Source: Pseudomonadota bacterium
GTDB lineage: Bacteria; Pseudomonadota; Gammaproteobacteria; Burkholderiales; SG8-39
Direction: 5' to 3'
Assembly (NCBI GenBank): GCA_947455195.1
Contig: CANGMI010000003.1
Span: forward strand, 135,620 to 199,619
Length of the DNA: 64,000 nucleotides
Every line of letters starts with the position of its first letter. Positions within the stretch are counted from its first letter, which is position 1. Shown in pieces: positions 48,980 to 58,764 of this stretch. The translations under genes were made by a program, and so were the position numbers. The notes under the pieces are model-generated. The model made no database searches, was not told the origin of the DNA, and worked only from the letters and a program-made list of their open reading frames with translations.

Positions 48980-51028
48980 ATGCATCGCCTCGATACGGCG
49001 CTGGCCGCCTTCGCCCATGAAGCCGCCCATGAAGCCGCCCATGAAGCCGCCCCTGAAGCCCCCGTTGAAGCCCACTCCGGCGCCCGCCTTGATGCTCGCG
49101 TCGCCCGTCTGGTCGCCGCCGTGCGGCCGCAGCCCTGGGAATCACCGGCACGCGGCGCCGAGCATTTCGGACGTCTGGTCGAGCAACTCGAGGCCGACTC
49201 CGACCTGCGTGCTCGCGTCAGCGCCCACCTCCTTGGCTGGACGGCGGGCAGGCGCATGACCGGTTTCTTTACCGACAGTGGCATCCTGCCCGCCACCGGG
49301 TTCTACTCGGAGGGATGGCGACGTATCGTGCACCGCGTCCTGCCTGAAGTGCCCGACCCGCTGCAACTGCGCGACTGCATTCGCCTCCTCTTCGATCATG
49401 ACGACGACTGGGCCTGGCTGGAGGGCATCCCGCAGGACCTCTCGCAGCGGTTCTGGTACCTTCTGACCGCCCCCGACGTCGCCAACCCGACCCACTGGCG
49501 TGCCATCGCCGGGCAACTGCTCGATGCCCTCCTCGTGCTCGCACATCGCGTCAGCGGCATCGGGTTCGATCATGAACTCATGCGCGCCATGCCCGAGTTC
49601 GAAGCCCACTCGGCACGTTTCACCGGGCTGGCGATCGAGGTGCACCGCTTTGGCGAGGGTTATCGCGCCATGCTCGAGCACCGCGCACAAGCCATCGAGG
49701 ATGAGCGACAGATCCTCGTGCTCTGTGACCAATGCACCGAAAGCCTCGATCGGGTTCACCGGATGGCCCGCACGCAGGGAACCAGCCTGCACCTCACCTA
49801 CCTGCTCGAGCGCGGGCAGGCGAGCCTGCGCCGGATCGAATGCATTGCGCGACTGCTCGGGAGCCCCTTGCGCGAAGGTACTCGCGAGCCTGGCATGAAG
49901 GCATGGGCCGATCTCATGCGCGAGGCCGTCCGCGCCGAAACACGCCGCAACAGCCTCGGCGAGTACGTCACGGGCCTCACCGCCCTCATGGCCCTGCGCG
50001 TCACCGACAATGCAGCCCGCTCAGGCGAGCACTACATCGCCGAAAGCCGGGCGGACTACTGGCAGATGTGGCGTTCGGCCATGGGGGCGGGTGTCATCAT
50101 CGGCATGCTCGCCCTCATCAAGATCGGCATCACCGGATTGCCACTGCCGCTGGCGTTCGACGCACTCCTCTACAGCCTCAACTACGGGCTGGGCTTTGTC
50201 CTCATCTACCTGCTGCATTTCACGATCGCCACCAAGCAACCGGCGATGACCGCGCAGACCCTGGCAGCCGGCCTCGCCCAGGTGGGGGGCGACCCTCGCC
50301 ACGACACCGAGGGTATCGTCGACATGATTGCCGCCGTCTGCCGAAGCCAGATCGCTGCCATCCTGGGCAACATCGTCATTGCCCTGCCCACTGCGGTGGC
50401 CATCAGCGAGATCGGGCGGCGCGCGACGGGCAAGTCCCTCATCGACGCCGACAAGGCCTGGCACCTGCTGCACGACCTCGATCCGCTCGGCTGGGCAATC
50501 CCGCATGCCGCACTCGCCGGGGTGTTCCTCTTTCTGTCGGGCGTGATCACCGGTTACTTCGACAACAAGGCCACCTATGCGCAGATCGGCAGGCGGGTTG
50601 CGCAGATGCCACTGCTCCTCGGTATCGGCGCGCAGGGCCTGGCACGCCGGCTGGGGCAGCTGCTCGATCACAGCCTCGGCGGCATCATGGGCAACCTGCT
50701 CTTTGGCGCCATGCTCGGCTGCGCGGGCGTGATCGGGGTCATTCTCGGACTACCCATCGACATCCGGCACATTGCATTCTCGTCGGCGAACCTCGGCTAC
50801 GCGATCGCCGGACTCGACTATGCCGTCCCCGTGCGCGCACTCGTCGATGCCGGCATCGGCGTTGCGCTGATCGGCATCACCAATCTCGGCGTGAGCTTCG
50901 CGCTCGCGCTGTGGATGGCCTTGCGCGCGCGGCGCGTCACCGGCATCGACAAGCGTGCCCTCTTCATGGGCGTGATCCGACGACTGATGCGCGCGCCAGC
51001 GAGTTTCCTCATGCCGGGCCGCGCCTGA
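48980..51028 (+). CDS. large membrane protein of the family usually annotated 'site-specific recombinase' (PF10136-like); true function unknown
   Basis: 682 aa with a soluble N-terminal half and at least 5 hydrophobic helices in the C-terminal half. I recognise the family from memory of similar about-680-aa proteins. I see no tyrosine- or serine-recombinase motifs. Confidence 0.6.
   Translation: MHRLDTALAAFAHEAAHEAAHEAAPEAPVEAHSGARLDARVARLVAAVRPQPWESPARGAEHFGRLVEQLEADSDLRARVSAHLLGWTAGRRMTGFFTDSGILPATGFYSEGWRRIVHRVLPEVPDPLQLRDCIRLLFDHDDDWAWLEGIPQDLSQRFWYLLTAPDVANPTHWRAIAGQLLDALLVLAHRVSGIGFDHELMRAMPEFEAHSARFTGLAIEVHRFGEGYRAMLEHRAQAIEDERQILVLCDQCTESLDRVHRMARTQGTSLHLTYLLERGQASLRRIECIARLLGSPLREGTREPGMKAWADLMREAVRAETRRNSLGEYVTGLTALMALRVTDNAARSGEHYIAESRADYWQMWRSAMGAGVIIGMLALIKIGITGLPLPLAFDALLYSLNYGLGFVLIYLLHFTIATKQPAMTAQTLAAGLAQVGGDPRHDTEGIVDMIAAVCRSQIAAILGNIVIALPTAVAISEIGRRATGKSLIDADKAWHLLHDLDPLGWAIPHAALAGVFLFLSGVITGYFDNKATYAQIGRRVAQMPLLLGIGAQGLARRLGQLLDHSLGGIMGNLLFGAMLGCAGVIGVILGLPIDIRHIAFSSANLGYAIAGLDYAVPVRALVDAGIGVALIGITNLGVSFALALWMALRARRVTGIDKRALFMGVIRRLMRAPASFLMPGRA
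49013..49072. repeat. 12-bp in-frame tandem repeat (GCCCATGAAGCC), 3 exact plus 2 degenerate units
   Basis: Encodes AHEAAHEAAHEAAPEAPVEA, starting 11 codons into the 48980 gene. Confidence 0.9.
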
Positions 51029-51241
51029 ACGCACAAGCGCACAGCCCCCGCACCGACACGATGCTGCGCCGCAACGCCGGCACCATGTCCACCGCGGGCG
51101 ATATACTGGCGAGGCGGCGAGCCAGACCTTCTCGACCCCTGAAGAAGGCACCGTGTTCTTGCGAGCCCATCTACCCGGCCATGACGGCCCGCCACCGGTG
51201 AGGCACGAGCGCGCCCAACCATCGACCCCGAGGACGACACG

Positions 51242-53026
51242 ATGAATTCCAGAGACCCTGCAGCCAGCATCCTTCACGACACGCCGCTACCTGTGCCGGC
51301 GCAAGAAGAGGTGTGGGGCTCCGATGCCATGGCGGCGTGCCTGCGCGCGCTCGATGTACCCTATCTCGCCCTCAACCCGGGCGCGAGCTATCGTGGACTG
51401 CACGACAGCATCGTGAACCACCTGGGTAACGAGAGTCCGCAGATGCTGCTCACCCTGCACGAGGAAAGCGCAGTGGCCATCGCCCATGGCTACGCCAAGG
51501 CCGCAAGCCGCATGATGGGCGCAGTGGTTCACTCCAACGTCGGACTGATGCACTCGACCATGGCCATCTTCAACGCCTGGTGCGACCGCATGCCCATCAT
51601 GGTGCTGGGCGCCACCGGCCCCTGGGATGCCGCCAAGCGCCGCCCCTGGATCGACTGGATCCACACCGTGAGCGATCAGGGTGCGTTGGTTCGCGACTAC
51701 ACCAAGTGGGACAACCAGCCCGGGTCGATCCCCGCCGCCATCGAGGCCATGCTGCGCGCCTCGATGATGGCCAATACCGCGCCCTTCGGCCCGGTCTACA
51801 TCAACTTCGATGCCGCGCTGCAAGAGGCCAGAATCGGTCCGATGCCGGCCATGCCCGATGTGTCGCGCTATGCCCCGCCCGCGCCACCAGCCCCCTCGGC
51901 CGAGGCTCTCGCTGCCGCGGTGAAGCTCCTGTCGAATGCAAAGTCACCGGTGATCCTCGCCGGGCGTGTCAACCGCTCGACCACCAGTTGGGCCGAGCGT
52001 GTCGCGCTGGCAGAACGCCTGCAAGCCCGTGTGCTCACCGACATCAAGCAGTCGGCCGCCTTCCCCACCAACCACCCGCTGCACGCCGCACCGCCCGGAT
52101 CCTTCCTGGCACCGCAGGCACTCGACGTCCTGCGCAACGCCGATGTGGTGCTTTCGCTCGACTGGAACGACCTCGCCGGCACGCTGAAGCAGGCGTGGGG
52201 CGAAGCGCCGGTCAGCGCCAAGGTCATCCAGATCTCGGTCGATCAGCTGAGTCACCGTGGCTGGAGCGCCGACCACCAGGGTCTGCCGCCGGCTGACGTC
52301 TACATGCTGAGCGATCCGGACGCCACCGTACCGCTGCTGCTCGCCGCAGTGCCGGCTCGGGCGCCGATAACCGGACTCAAGGCCGCCGAAGTGCCCAGGC
52401 CCAGCGGCGATGCGCTCTCGATCCATGCCCTTGCCCACACGCTGAACACGCTGACCGAAGGCACCGACGTCTGCGTGACGCGCGTTCCGCTCGGCTGGAA
52501 CGGCGCTTACCGTCACTTCACGCATCCGCTCGACTACCTGGGCAGCGACGGCGGCGGCGGCATCGGCTCGGGTCCCGGCATGGCCATCGGCGCGGCACTC
52601 GCGCTCAAGGGCAGCGGCCGCCTGCCGGTTGCGGTGCTCGGTGATGGCGACACCCTGATGGGCATCACGGCCCTGTGGACCGCGGCGCACTACAAGATTC
52701 CGCTCCTCGTGATCGTCTCGAACAACCGCTCGTTCTTCAATGACGAGATGCACCAGGAGCGGGTCGCCATCGCACGCAACCGACCAGTCGAGAACAAGTG
52801 GATCGGGCAACGCATCTCCGACCCGGACATCGATCTCGCCCAGATGGCGCGGGCGCAGGGCTGCGAGGGCATCGGCCCGGTTCATGCACTGGCCGACCTC
52901 GAGCCGGCACTGGCAAAAGCCATCGAGATCGTACGTGCGGGCGGCACCTGTCTCGTCGACGTACGGGTACTGCCAGGCTACGACACCAACATGAGCGGCA
53001 CGCCGAGCGCAGCCCACAAGCGCTGA
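51242..53026 (+). CDS. thiamine-diphosphate-dependent enzyme (acetolactate synthase large-subunit-like)
   Basis: 594 aa with three-domain ThDP architecture. The strings GVVHSNVGLMHS-type and GDGDTLM, plus the NN motif, are present. Confidence 0.85.
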   Translation: MNSRDPAASILHDTPLPVPAQEEVWGSDAMAACLRALDVPYLALNPGASYRGLHDSIVNHLGNESPQMLLTLHEESAVAIAHGYAKAASRMMGAVVHSNVGLMHSTMAIFNAWCDRMPIMVLGATGPWDAAKRRPWIDWIHTVSDQGALVRDYTKWDNQPGSIPAAIEAMLRASMMANTAPFGPVYINFDAALQEARIGPMPAMPDVSRYAPPAPPAPSAEALAAAVKLLSNAKSPVILAGRVNRSTTSWAERVALAERLQARVLTDIKQSAAFPTNHPLHAAPPGSFLAPQALDVLRNADVVLSLDWNDLAGTLKQAWGEAPVSAKVIQISVDQLSHRGWSADHQGLPPADVYMLSDPDATVPLLLAAVPARAPITGLKAAEVPRPSGDALSIHALAHTLNTLTEGTDVCVTRVPLGWNGAYRHFTHPLDYLGSDGGGGIGSGPGMAIGAALALKGSGRLPVAVLGDGDTLMGITALWTAAHYKIPLLVIVSNNRSFFNDEMHQERVAIARNRPVENKWIGQRISDPDIDLAQMARAQGCEGIGPVHALADLEPALAKAIEIVRAGGTCLVDVRVLPGYDTNMSGTPSAAHKR

Positions 53027-53046
53027 CGGGCATGCCCGGGGCTCGA

Positions 53047-53082
53047 GGCTGCGCAGGCAGGCAACCGCCCGCTTGCGCAGCC
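53047..53082 (+). terminator. GC hairpin after the ThDP enzyme gene (9-bp stem, no T-tract)
   Basis: GGCTGCGCA, an 18-nt loop, then TGCGCAGCC. Confidence 0.35.
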
Positions 53083-53107
53083 CTGGCCTTGCCTGACTGA
53101 CCGGCGC

Positions 53108-54334
53108 GTGTTCGACTCGCTGCGATTCCGCAATTTCAGACTGCTGTGGCTCGGGTCGGTATTCTGCTATGGCGGCCACTGGGTACAGCAGGCCACGCTC
53201 GGCTGGGTCGCCTATGAGTTGACCGGCTCGGGCAGCCTGCTCGGGCTCATCATGGGCATCCGCGCAGTACCCATCCTGCTCCTCGCCCCGATTGCGGGTG
53301 CCGTCGCCGACCGTCACGACCGGCGCAATCTGCTGGCGGGCACGCAACTCATCTTCATCATCACGACCACGGCCATCGGTGCGGCCATCGCGCTGGGCAG
53401 TCTCAAGACCTGGCATCTCTTTGCCTACGTGCTGTGCACCGGTGTTGCCCATGTGTTCGACCGCACGTCGCGACAGGCCATCATTGCCGACCTGGTGCCC
53501 ACGGGCAGCATCGTCAACGCCGTCGCGCTCTCCAACATCGTCTTCAGCCTGATGCGCGTCGTGAGTCCGGCCATCGCCGGCTACCTCCTCGTGTGGGTGG
53601 GGGCCGCCGGCAACTTCTTCGCCCAGTGCGCCTTCTACGCGCTCGGCATGTTCACACTGCTCCTCATCCACATGCCCGCCCGCAGCCAGGCGCCGGCCAA
53701 GGGCTCGATGTGGTCGAGCATCGGCGATGGCATCCGCCACGTGATGCGCGACCCGACGACACGCATGGTGGTCCTCTTCACCGCGGTGCCCTTTCTGCTC
53801 CTCACGCCCATCTGGAGCACGCTGCTGCCGGTCTTCGCGCGCGACGTGTTCGACGCCGGCCCGCAGGCACTCGGCTGGCTCTTCGCGGCGGTCGGGTCAG
53901 GCGGGCTCGCGGGCGGATTGCTCTCGGCGGCCTTCGCGCGGACCGAACGCATCGGCTGGCTGCAGATCGGGATGCATGTGCTCTTCTGCATCTCGCTGCT
54001 CGGCGTGGCGCTCGCACCGAGCCTCATGGTGGCGCTGCCCTTCGTCTTCATCGCCGGGGTGGCCGAAATCATGACCGCCACGGTCGGTCAGACGATCCTG
54101 CAGGTCTCGGCCCCGGCGCACATGCGCGGCCGGGTGCTCAGCCTGCTGCAACTCAACCCGGCTCTCATCTCGATCGGATCGATCATCGCCGGGGCGGGCG
54201 CCGATCTGCTGGGTGCACGCGGCATCTCGGCGGCCAATGGCCTGCTCGCCCTCGTGATCGGCGCAGCGCTCGTGGTGGCCTCCCCGGCACTGCGCAATCT
54301 GCGCCTCTCGCACTATACTCGGCGGCCCGACTGA
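53108..54334 (+). CDS. MFS transporter (EntS/DUF894-like)
   Basis: GTG start. The N-terminus FDSLRFRNFRLLWLGS is followed by 12 hydrophobic helices. Confidence 0.8.
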   Translation: MFDSLRFRNFRLLWLGSVFCYGGHWVQQATLGWVAYELTGSGSLLGLIMGIRAVPILLLAPIAGAVADRHDRRNLLAGTQLIFIITTTAIGAAIALGSLKTWHLFAYVLCTGVAHVFDRTSRQAIIADLVPTGSIVNAVALSNIVFSLMRVVSPAIAGYLLVWVGAAGNFFAQCAFYALGMFTLLLIHMPARSQAPAKGSMWSSIGDGIRHVMRDPTTRMVVLFTAVPFLLLTPIWSTLLPVFARDVFDAGPQALGWLFAAVGSGGLAGGLLSAAFARTERIGWLQIGMHVLFCISLLGVALAPSLMVALPFVFIAGVAEIMTATVGQTILQVSAPAHMRGRVLSLLQLNPALISIGSIIAGAGADLLGARGISAANGLLALVIGAALVVASPALRNLRLSHYTRRPD

Positions 54335-54394
54335 GCCCCGCTCGCACGGGCCGACGCTGACAGGCAGCATGAACAACAACCTAGGAGCACACTG

Positions 54395-55072
54395 ATGGGA
54401 CAGTTGATTGAACTCAAGGCCGCTGACGGTTTCACCTCGCAGGCCTATGTCGCCCAACCGCAGGGCACCCCGCGCGGCGCCATGGTGATCGTGCAGGAAA
54501 TCTTCGGTCTGAATCACCACATCAAGGCCGTGGCCGACCTTTACGCCTCGGAAGGCTACCTGTCGATCGCCCCGGCCTTCTTCGACCGTGTCGAGCGCGG
54601 CATCGACCTGGGCTATACCCCGCAGGACATCGAGACGGCCCGCGCCCAGATGGGCAAGGTGGACATGGACAAGGTGATGCTCGATGTCGCCGCTGCCGTT
54701 GCCCATGTGAAGGGCGCCGGCAAGGTCGGCATGGTGGGTTACTGCTGGGGCGGTCGCGTGTGCTGGATCTCGGCTGCCAAGGTCGACGGCGTGTCAGCCA
54801 CGGTGTCGTACTACGGTGGTGGCGTACCTGGCCTGGCCGACTTGAACGCGAAGTGCCCCACCATGTTCCACTGGGGCGAACTCGATCACGCCATTCCGCT
54901 CGACACGGTGGCAGCTTTCGTGGCCAAGCACCCCGAAGCAGCCGCCACCTCGTTCGTCTACGAAGGTGCGCAGCACGGCTTCAACTGCGATGAGCGCGGT
55001 TCCTGGAACGAAGCGTCGGCCAAGCTCGCGCGCAGCCGCACGATGGAGTTCCTGCGCAAGCACGTCGGCTGA
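54395..55072 (+). CDS. dienelactone hydrolase-family protein
   Basis: 225 aa. The strings VIVQEIFGLN and the nucleophile motif GYCWGG are present. Confidence 0.85.
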   Translation: MGQLIELKAADGFTSQAYVAQPQGTPRGAMVIVQEIFGLNHHIKAVADLYASEGYLSIAPAFFDRVERGIDLGYTPQDIETARAQMGKVDMDKVMLDVAAAVAHVKGAGKVGMVGYCWGGRVCWISAAKVDGVSATVSYYGGGVPGLADLNAKCPTMFHWGELDHAIPLDTVAAFVAKHPEAAATSFVYEGAQHGFNCDERGSWNEASAKLARSRTMEFLRKHVG

Positions 55073-55101
55073 CCGAGGCCCGACCCCGGTTTACTGAACA
55101 A

Positions 55102-55125
55102 CCGGCGCCCGACACACGGCGCCGG
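55102..55125. terminator. GC hairpin between convergent genes (8-bp stem)
   Basis: CCGGCGCC-CGACACAC-GGCGCCGG. Confidence 0.4.
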
Positions 55126-55139
55126 TGGCGGCATCGGGC

Positions 55140-56132
55140 TCAGTCGAGCCTGATGCCCCGCTCGGCCACCACCTTGGCCCACTTGGCCCGATCGGCTGCC
55201 ATCCGGCGCGCGAGGTCATCGGGTCCGGGCGCAAGCCCGGTCATCCCCGAGGCGGCAAACTTTTCGCGAACGTCAGGCAGTTGCAGGTCGCGAGTCACCT
55301 CGCGCCAGATCCGGTCGACGATCTCGGGGGCCGTGCCCGCCGGTGCCCACAGGCCCCAGATATTGTTGGCCTCGAAGCCCGGAAAGCCCGACTCGGCAAT
55401 AGTCGGTACATCAGGCAGCACGGCGAGCCGGCGTGGTGAACCCACCGCGAGTGCCACCAGCCGATTGCTGCGCAGATTGTTGAGCACCTGCGGCACCCCC
55501 ATCAGCATGAGTTGCACCTGACCCGCCAGCAGATCAGGCATGGCCTGCGAGCTGCCCTTGTAGGGCACGTGCACGGACTCGAACCCGCCCTCGCCCTTGA
55601 GCAACTCGAGGTAGAGCTGGTGCGTGCTGCCATTGCCCGTGGATGCGTAGTGGAACCGGCCCGGGTTCTCGCGCGCGAGACGCACGAAATCGGCCAGCGT
55701 GTTCACGCCCACCGACGGATGTGCCGCAATCACCAGATCGACGACAGCCACCAGCGTGATCGGCGCATAGTCGCGCACCACATCGAAAGGCAGCTTCGGA
55801 TAGAGCACCGGGCTCACGCCAAACTGGATGTCACTGCCCATCAGCAGCGTGGATCCGTCGGGGGCGGCACGCGCCACGATCTCGTTGCCGATATGACCAT
55901 TGGCACCGGGCCGGTTGTCGACGATGACCTGCACACCAAAGCCCTCGCTCATCTTCTGGGCGACGATGCGCGCAACCACATCCCCCGAGGTACCGGTGGG
56001 GTAACTCACCACCATGCGCACGGGCTTCACTGGCCAGGCCTGGGCGCTCGCGTCACAGGCAATGCAGGCAGCAAGAATGGCGGCGCACGTCGCTGCAGCG
56101 CAGCGCGCAAAACCCTTCAATTGCTGAAGCAT
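55140..56132 (-). CDS. Bug-family (TctC-like) substrate-binding protein
   Basis: I chose the start at MLQQLKGFARCAAATCAAILAACIACDASAQA; the alternative is 56159. The hallmark string WPVKPVRMVVSYPTGTSGDVVAR is present. Confidence 0.8.
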   Translation of the reverse strand: MLQQLKGFARCAAATCAAILAACIACDASAQAWPVKPVRMVVSYPTGTSGDVVARIVAQKMSEGFGVQVIVDNRPGANGHIGNEIVARAAPDGSTLLMGSDIQFGVSPVLYPKLPFDVVRDYAPITLVAVVDLVIAAHPSVGVNTLADFVRLARENPGRFHYASTGNGSTHQLYLELLKGEGGFESVHVPYKGSSQAMPDLLAGQVQLMLMGVPQVLNNLRSNRLVALAVGSPRRLAVLPDVPTIAESGFPGFEANNIWGLWAPAGTAPEIVDRIWREVTRDLQLPDVREKFAASGMTGLAPGPDDLARRMAADRAKWAKVVAERGIRLD

Positions 56133-56201
56133 TTGCGGCAGAATATCCGGAAGGTTCATTGCTTGAACTATCACACACGAGTCGCCGCATTGAAAGACGC
56201 A

Positions 56202-56729
56202 GTGCACAAAGCCACACCGGCTCGACCCGCCCGCCTGAGCGAGCAGGCGCGCTACACGGCCGAGGAATTCGACGGCGTCAATTCGCTCTCGGTGCTCACC
56301 GTGCTGGCCCTGTATCGTGCCTTTGCAACGCTCGACCGGCACCAGTCACGCGAGATCGCGCAGACCGGCCTCAACACCACGCAGTGGAACGTACTCACGG
56401 TGCTGCACCGCATGAACGGGCCGGTTCCGATGGGCGAACTCGGCCAGATGCTGGCAGTGCGTCCAACCAATCTGTCGGGCATCATCAATGCGCTGGTCGC
56501 ACGCGGTCTGGTGCAGCGCGCCCCCGGTGCCAGTGACCGTCGCTCGCTCGAGGCCTCGCTCACGAGCCAGGGCGACGAATTCATCCGCCAGCTCCTGCCC
56601 GACCACTACCGGCAGATCGAGCACCTGATGGGTCAGATTCCCGATCGCGAACGGCGCAGTCTGGTGCGCTCGCTTGCCCGACTCGTCGGCGTGATCGAGA
56701 CTGCCGACAGCAACACCGCAGCACACTGA
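56202..56729 (+). CDS. MarR-family transcriptional regulator
   Basis: A winged-HTH region is present (LNTTQWNVLTVLHRMNGPVPMGELGQMLAVRPTNLSGIINALVARGLVQR..DRR). There is no in-frame ATG. Candidate starts are the GTG at 56202 (listed) and the TTGs at 56163 and 56190. Confidence 0.8.
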   Translation: MHKATPARPARLSEQARYTAEEFDGVNSLSVLTVLALYRAFATLDRHQSREIAQTGLNTTQWNVLTVLHRMNGPVPMGELGQMLAVRPTNLSGIINALVARGLVQRAPGASDRRSLEASLTSQGDEFIRQLLPDHYRQIEHLMGQIPDRERRSLVRSLARLVGVIETADSNTAAH

Positions 56730-56749
56730 ATCACTGACTGGAGAGCCGC

Positions 56750-57805
56750 ATGAAATTCGGACTGAACTTCTTTCCCTCGTTCACGGCGGCCGACGCCACG
56801 ACCGCGCAGTACTACGATCAGTGCGTGCGGCTGGCGGTTCGGGCCGATGAGCTGGGGCTCAATTCGATCAAGACCGTCGAGCACTCGTTCTACGATTATG
56901 GTGGCCACTCGCCCAACCCCTGCGTCTTCCTCTCGGCCGTGGCGGCGCGCACGAAGCGCATCCGGCTCATCACCGGCGCGGTCATTCCAGCCTTTCACCA
57001 TCCGGCGCATCTGGGTGGTGATCTCGCGATGCTCGACAACATGAGCAACGGTCGGCTCGATGCCGGTTTTGGCCGTGCGTTTCTCCCCAAGGAGTTCGAG
57101 GTCTTCGGCGTACCAATGTCGGAGAGCCGGCCCCGCTACGAAGAGGGCATCGAACTCATCAAGCGCCTGTGGACCGAAGACCGGGTGACCGCCAACGGCA
57201 AGTTCTGGCAACTCGACGACGTGCATCTGATGCCGCGCACGGTGCAAAAGCCTCACCCACCCATCTGGCTTGCGGCCATCTCGTCGAAGGAATCGTTCGA
57301 CTACGGTGCGAAGCACGGCTACAACCTGATGATCGTGCCCTACGCGAGCAAGCCCGGGCTGCTGTCGCAACTGGTCAGCGACTACCGGCGCGACTGGGTC
57401 GCCAACGGACACACGCCCGGCGCCGAGCAGATCCAGGTGGCGGCGCACTGCTACATCGCCGAAGATCGCGATGAGGCGATGCGCGGCTTCGAGCGGATCA
57501 CCAAGCGCTACATCGAGACCTTTGGCGAGGCCGTGCAGTCCTGGGCAGGCAAGACTTCCGATCAGTACCCGGGTTATGACAAGCTGGTTGCCAGCATCCT
57601 TGCCACGACGCCCGAATCGATGCTGGCGCAGAATGCGGCCTACGTCGGCACACCCGACGATGTGGTGCGCCAGATAGAGAAGACCGTCGCCACACTGGGC
57701 GTCGTCGAGCCTTCGATGCAGATCAACTTCGGGGGGTCATCCGATGCCGAGGCCTTCCGCACGCTCGAGCTGCTCGCCACCCAGGTGATGCCGCGCCTGC
57801 CCTGA
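56750..57805 (+). CDS. LLM-class (luciferase-like) flavin-dependent monooxygenase/oxidoreductase
   Basis: 351 aa. The strings MKFGLNFFP, VEHSF and NGRLDAGFGRAF are present. Confidence 0.85.
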   Translation: MKFGLNFFPSFTAADATTAQYYDQCVRLAVRADELGLNSIKTVEHSFYDYGGHSPNPCVFLSAVAARTKRIRLITGAVIPAFHHPAHLGGDLAMLDNMSNGRLDAGFGRAFLPKEFEVFGVPMSESRPRYEEGIELIKRLWTEDRVTANGKFWQLDDVHLMPRTVQKPHPPIWLAAISSKESFDYGAKHGYNLMIVPYASKPGLLSQLVSDYRRDWVANGHTPGAEQIQVAAHCYIAEDRDEAMRGFERITKRYIETFGEAVQSWAGKTSDQYPGYDKLVASILATTPESMLAQNAAYVGTPDDVVRQIEKTVATLGVVEPSMQINFGGSSDAEAFRTLELLATQVMPRLP

Positions 57806-57923
57806 TCAAGGTGCCCGGGGTAGACCTGTACCGGTGCACTACCGCCGCATGACCGCATGATTTCGTGATTGCATGACGTTGGCCCCCTCGATGGGACCAC
57901 CGACCCCAACGAGGAGACAAGCG

Positions 57924-58739
57924 ATGAATGCAACTGAACACATCTGGCGCCTGATCGAGAAGACAGCCCCGTGGTGGGCTGGCGAAGCCGAGGTGGTGCG
58001 CACCTACTTCAAGTCGGCACGGCGCACGGCAGAAACCGACATGGTCTGGCTCTCGCGCCAGTGTTTCAAGGAATTCTGGGGCTCAGGCGTAGGTCACTAC
58101 GACCGCAAGGGCGTCTTCCTTGGCCAGGTCATGGCTCTGGTCGACCTCGCCCCCAGGATCGACGTGTCGGTGAGCCGCAACGAGATTCTCGACATTCTCG
58201 AAGGACTGCAGGCCGAATTCCAGCACTACTGCCTCTTTGCCGAAGCCTATGACGCCATCCGGCCTGCAGGCGCACCGAAGATGAACCCGCAGAATCTCAC
58301 CAGTTGGCCTGAAGAAGATGAACTCACCGCGCTGCGCTACAAGCACCAGGACGACCACGGTGCCGTGGGCATGCGTGCCTGCCGCTTCACCGAGGGCGGC
58401 TACTGCACGCTCTTCAGCGAAGGCATGGCGCTGGCTGGCGGCAATGCCACCGATGAAATCATCGCGCGCGCCTGCTCGGCCGTCTACGACGACGAATTCG
58501 GTCACATGATGGGCGGCATCGGCGGCATTGCCGATGAAGGGCTCAGCGAGGCCGACTGGGATCTCATGGAAAAGCTGGTCGTCGAGCAGATGAAGAAGCG
58601 CATCCACATGCGCAACGGCGAATTCGGGCATCCGCTCTCGGCCGAACGCATCGCCGCCATCGGCCGCGGCGAGATCACGCCCGTGACGTTCGACTGGGCA
58701 CGCGCCAACATTCCGGCCCCGCAACACGCCACCGCCTGA
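57924..58739 (+). CDS. hypothetical protein with repeated ExxH motifs (possible ferritin-like/di-iron fold)
   Basis: ATG at 57924 is preceded by GAGGAG. ExxH motifs occur at EFQH, EFGH and EFGH, with intervening conserved-looking Glu residues. I recognise no family. Confidence 0.5.
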   Translation: MNATEHIWRLIEKTAPWWAGEAEVVRTYFKSARRTAETDMVWLSRQCFKEFWGSGVGHYDRKGVFLGQVMALVDLAPRIDVSVSRNEILDILEGLQAEFQHYCLFAEAYDAIRPAGAPKMNPQNLTSWPEEDELTALRYKHQDDHGAVGMRACRFTEGGYCTLFSEGMALAGGNATDEIIARACSAVYDDEFGHMMGGIGGIADEGLSEADWDLMEKLVVEQMKKRIHMRNGEFGHPLSAERIAAIGRGEITPVTFDWARANIPAPQHATA

Positions 58740-58764
58740 AAAACCCGTCAAGGAACGCACCACC

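Noticed and set aside
48980-51028. Treating the 'site-specific recombinase' family gene as evidence of a mobile or invertible element.
   Set aside because: There is no recombinase catalytic motif, no flanking inverted repeats and no cargo or mobility genes. The protein looks like an integral membrane protein.
51029-51241. Possible TPP riboswitch upstream of the ThDP-dependent enzyme gene.
   Set aside because: No THI-box features are present: there is no CUGAGA motif and no matching helices. ThDP-using enzymes are not the usual targets of that riboswitch.
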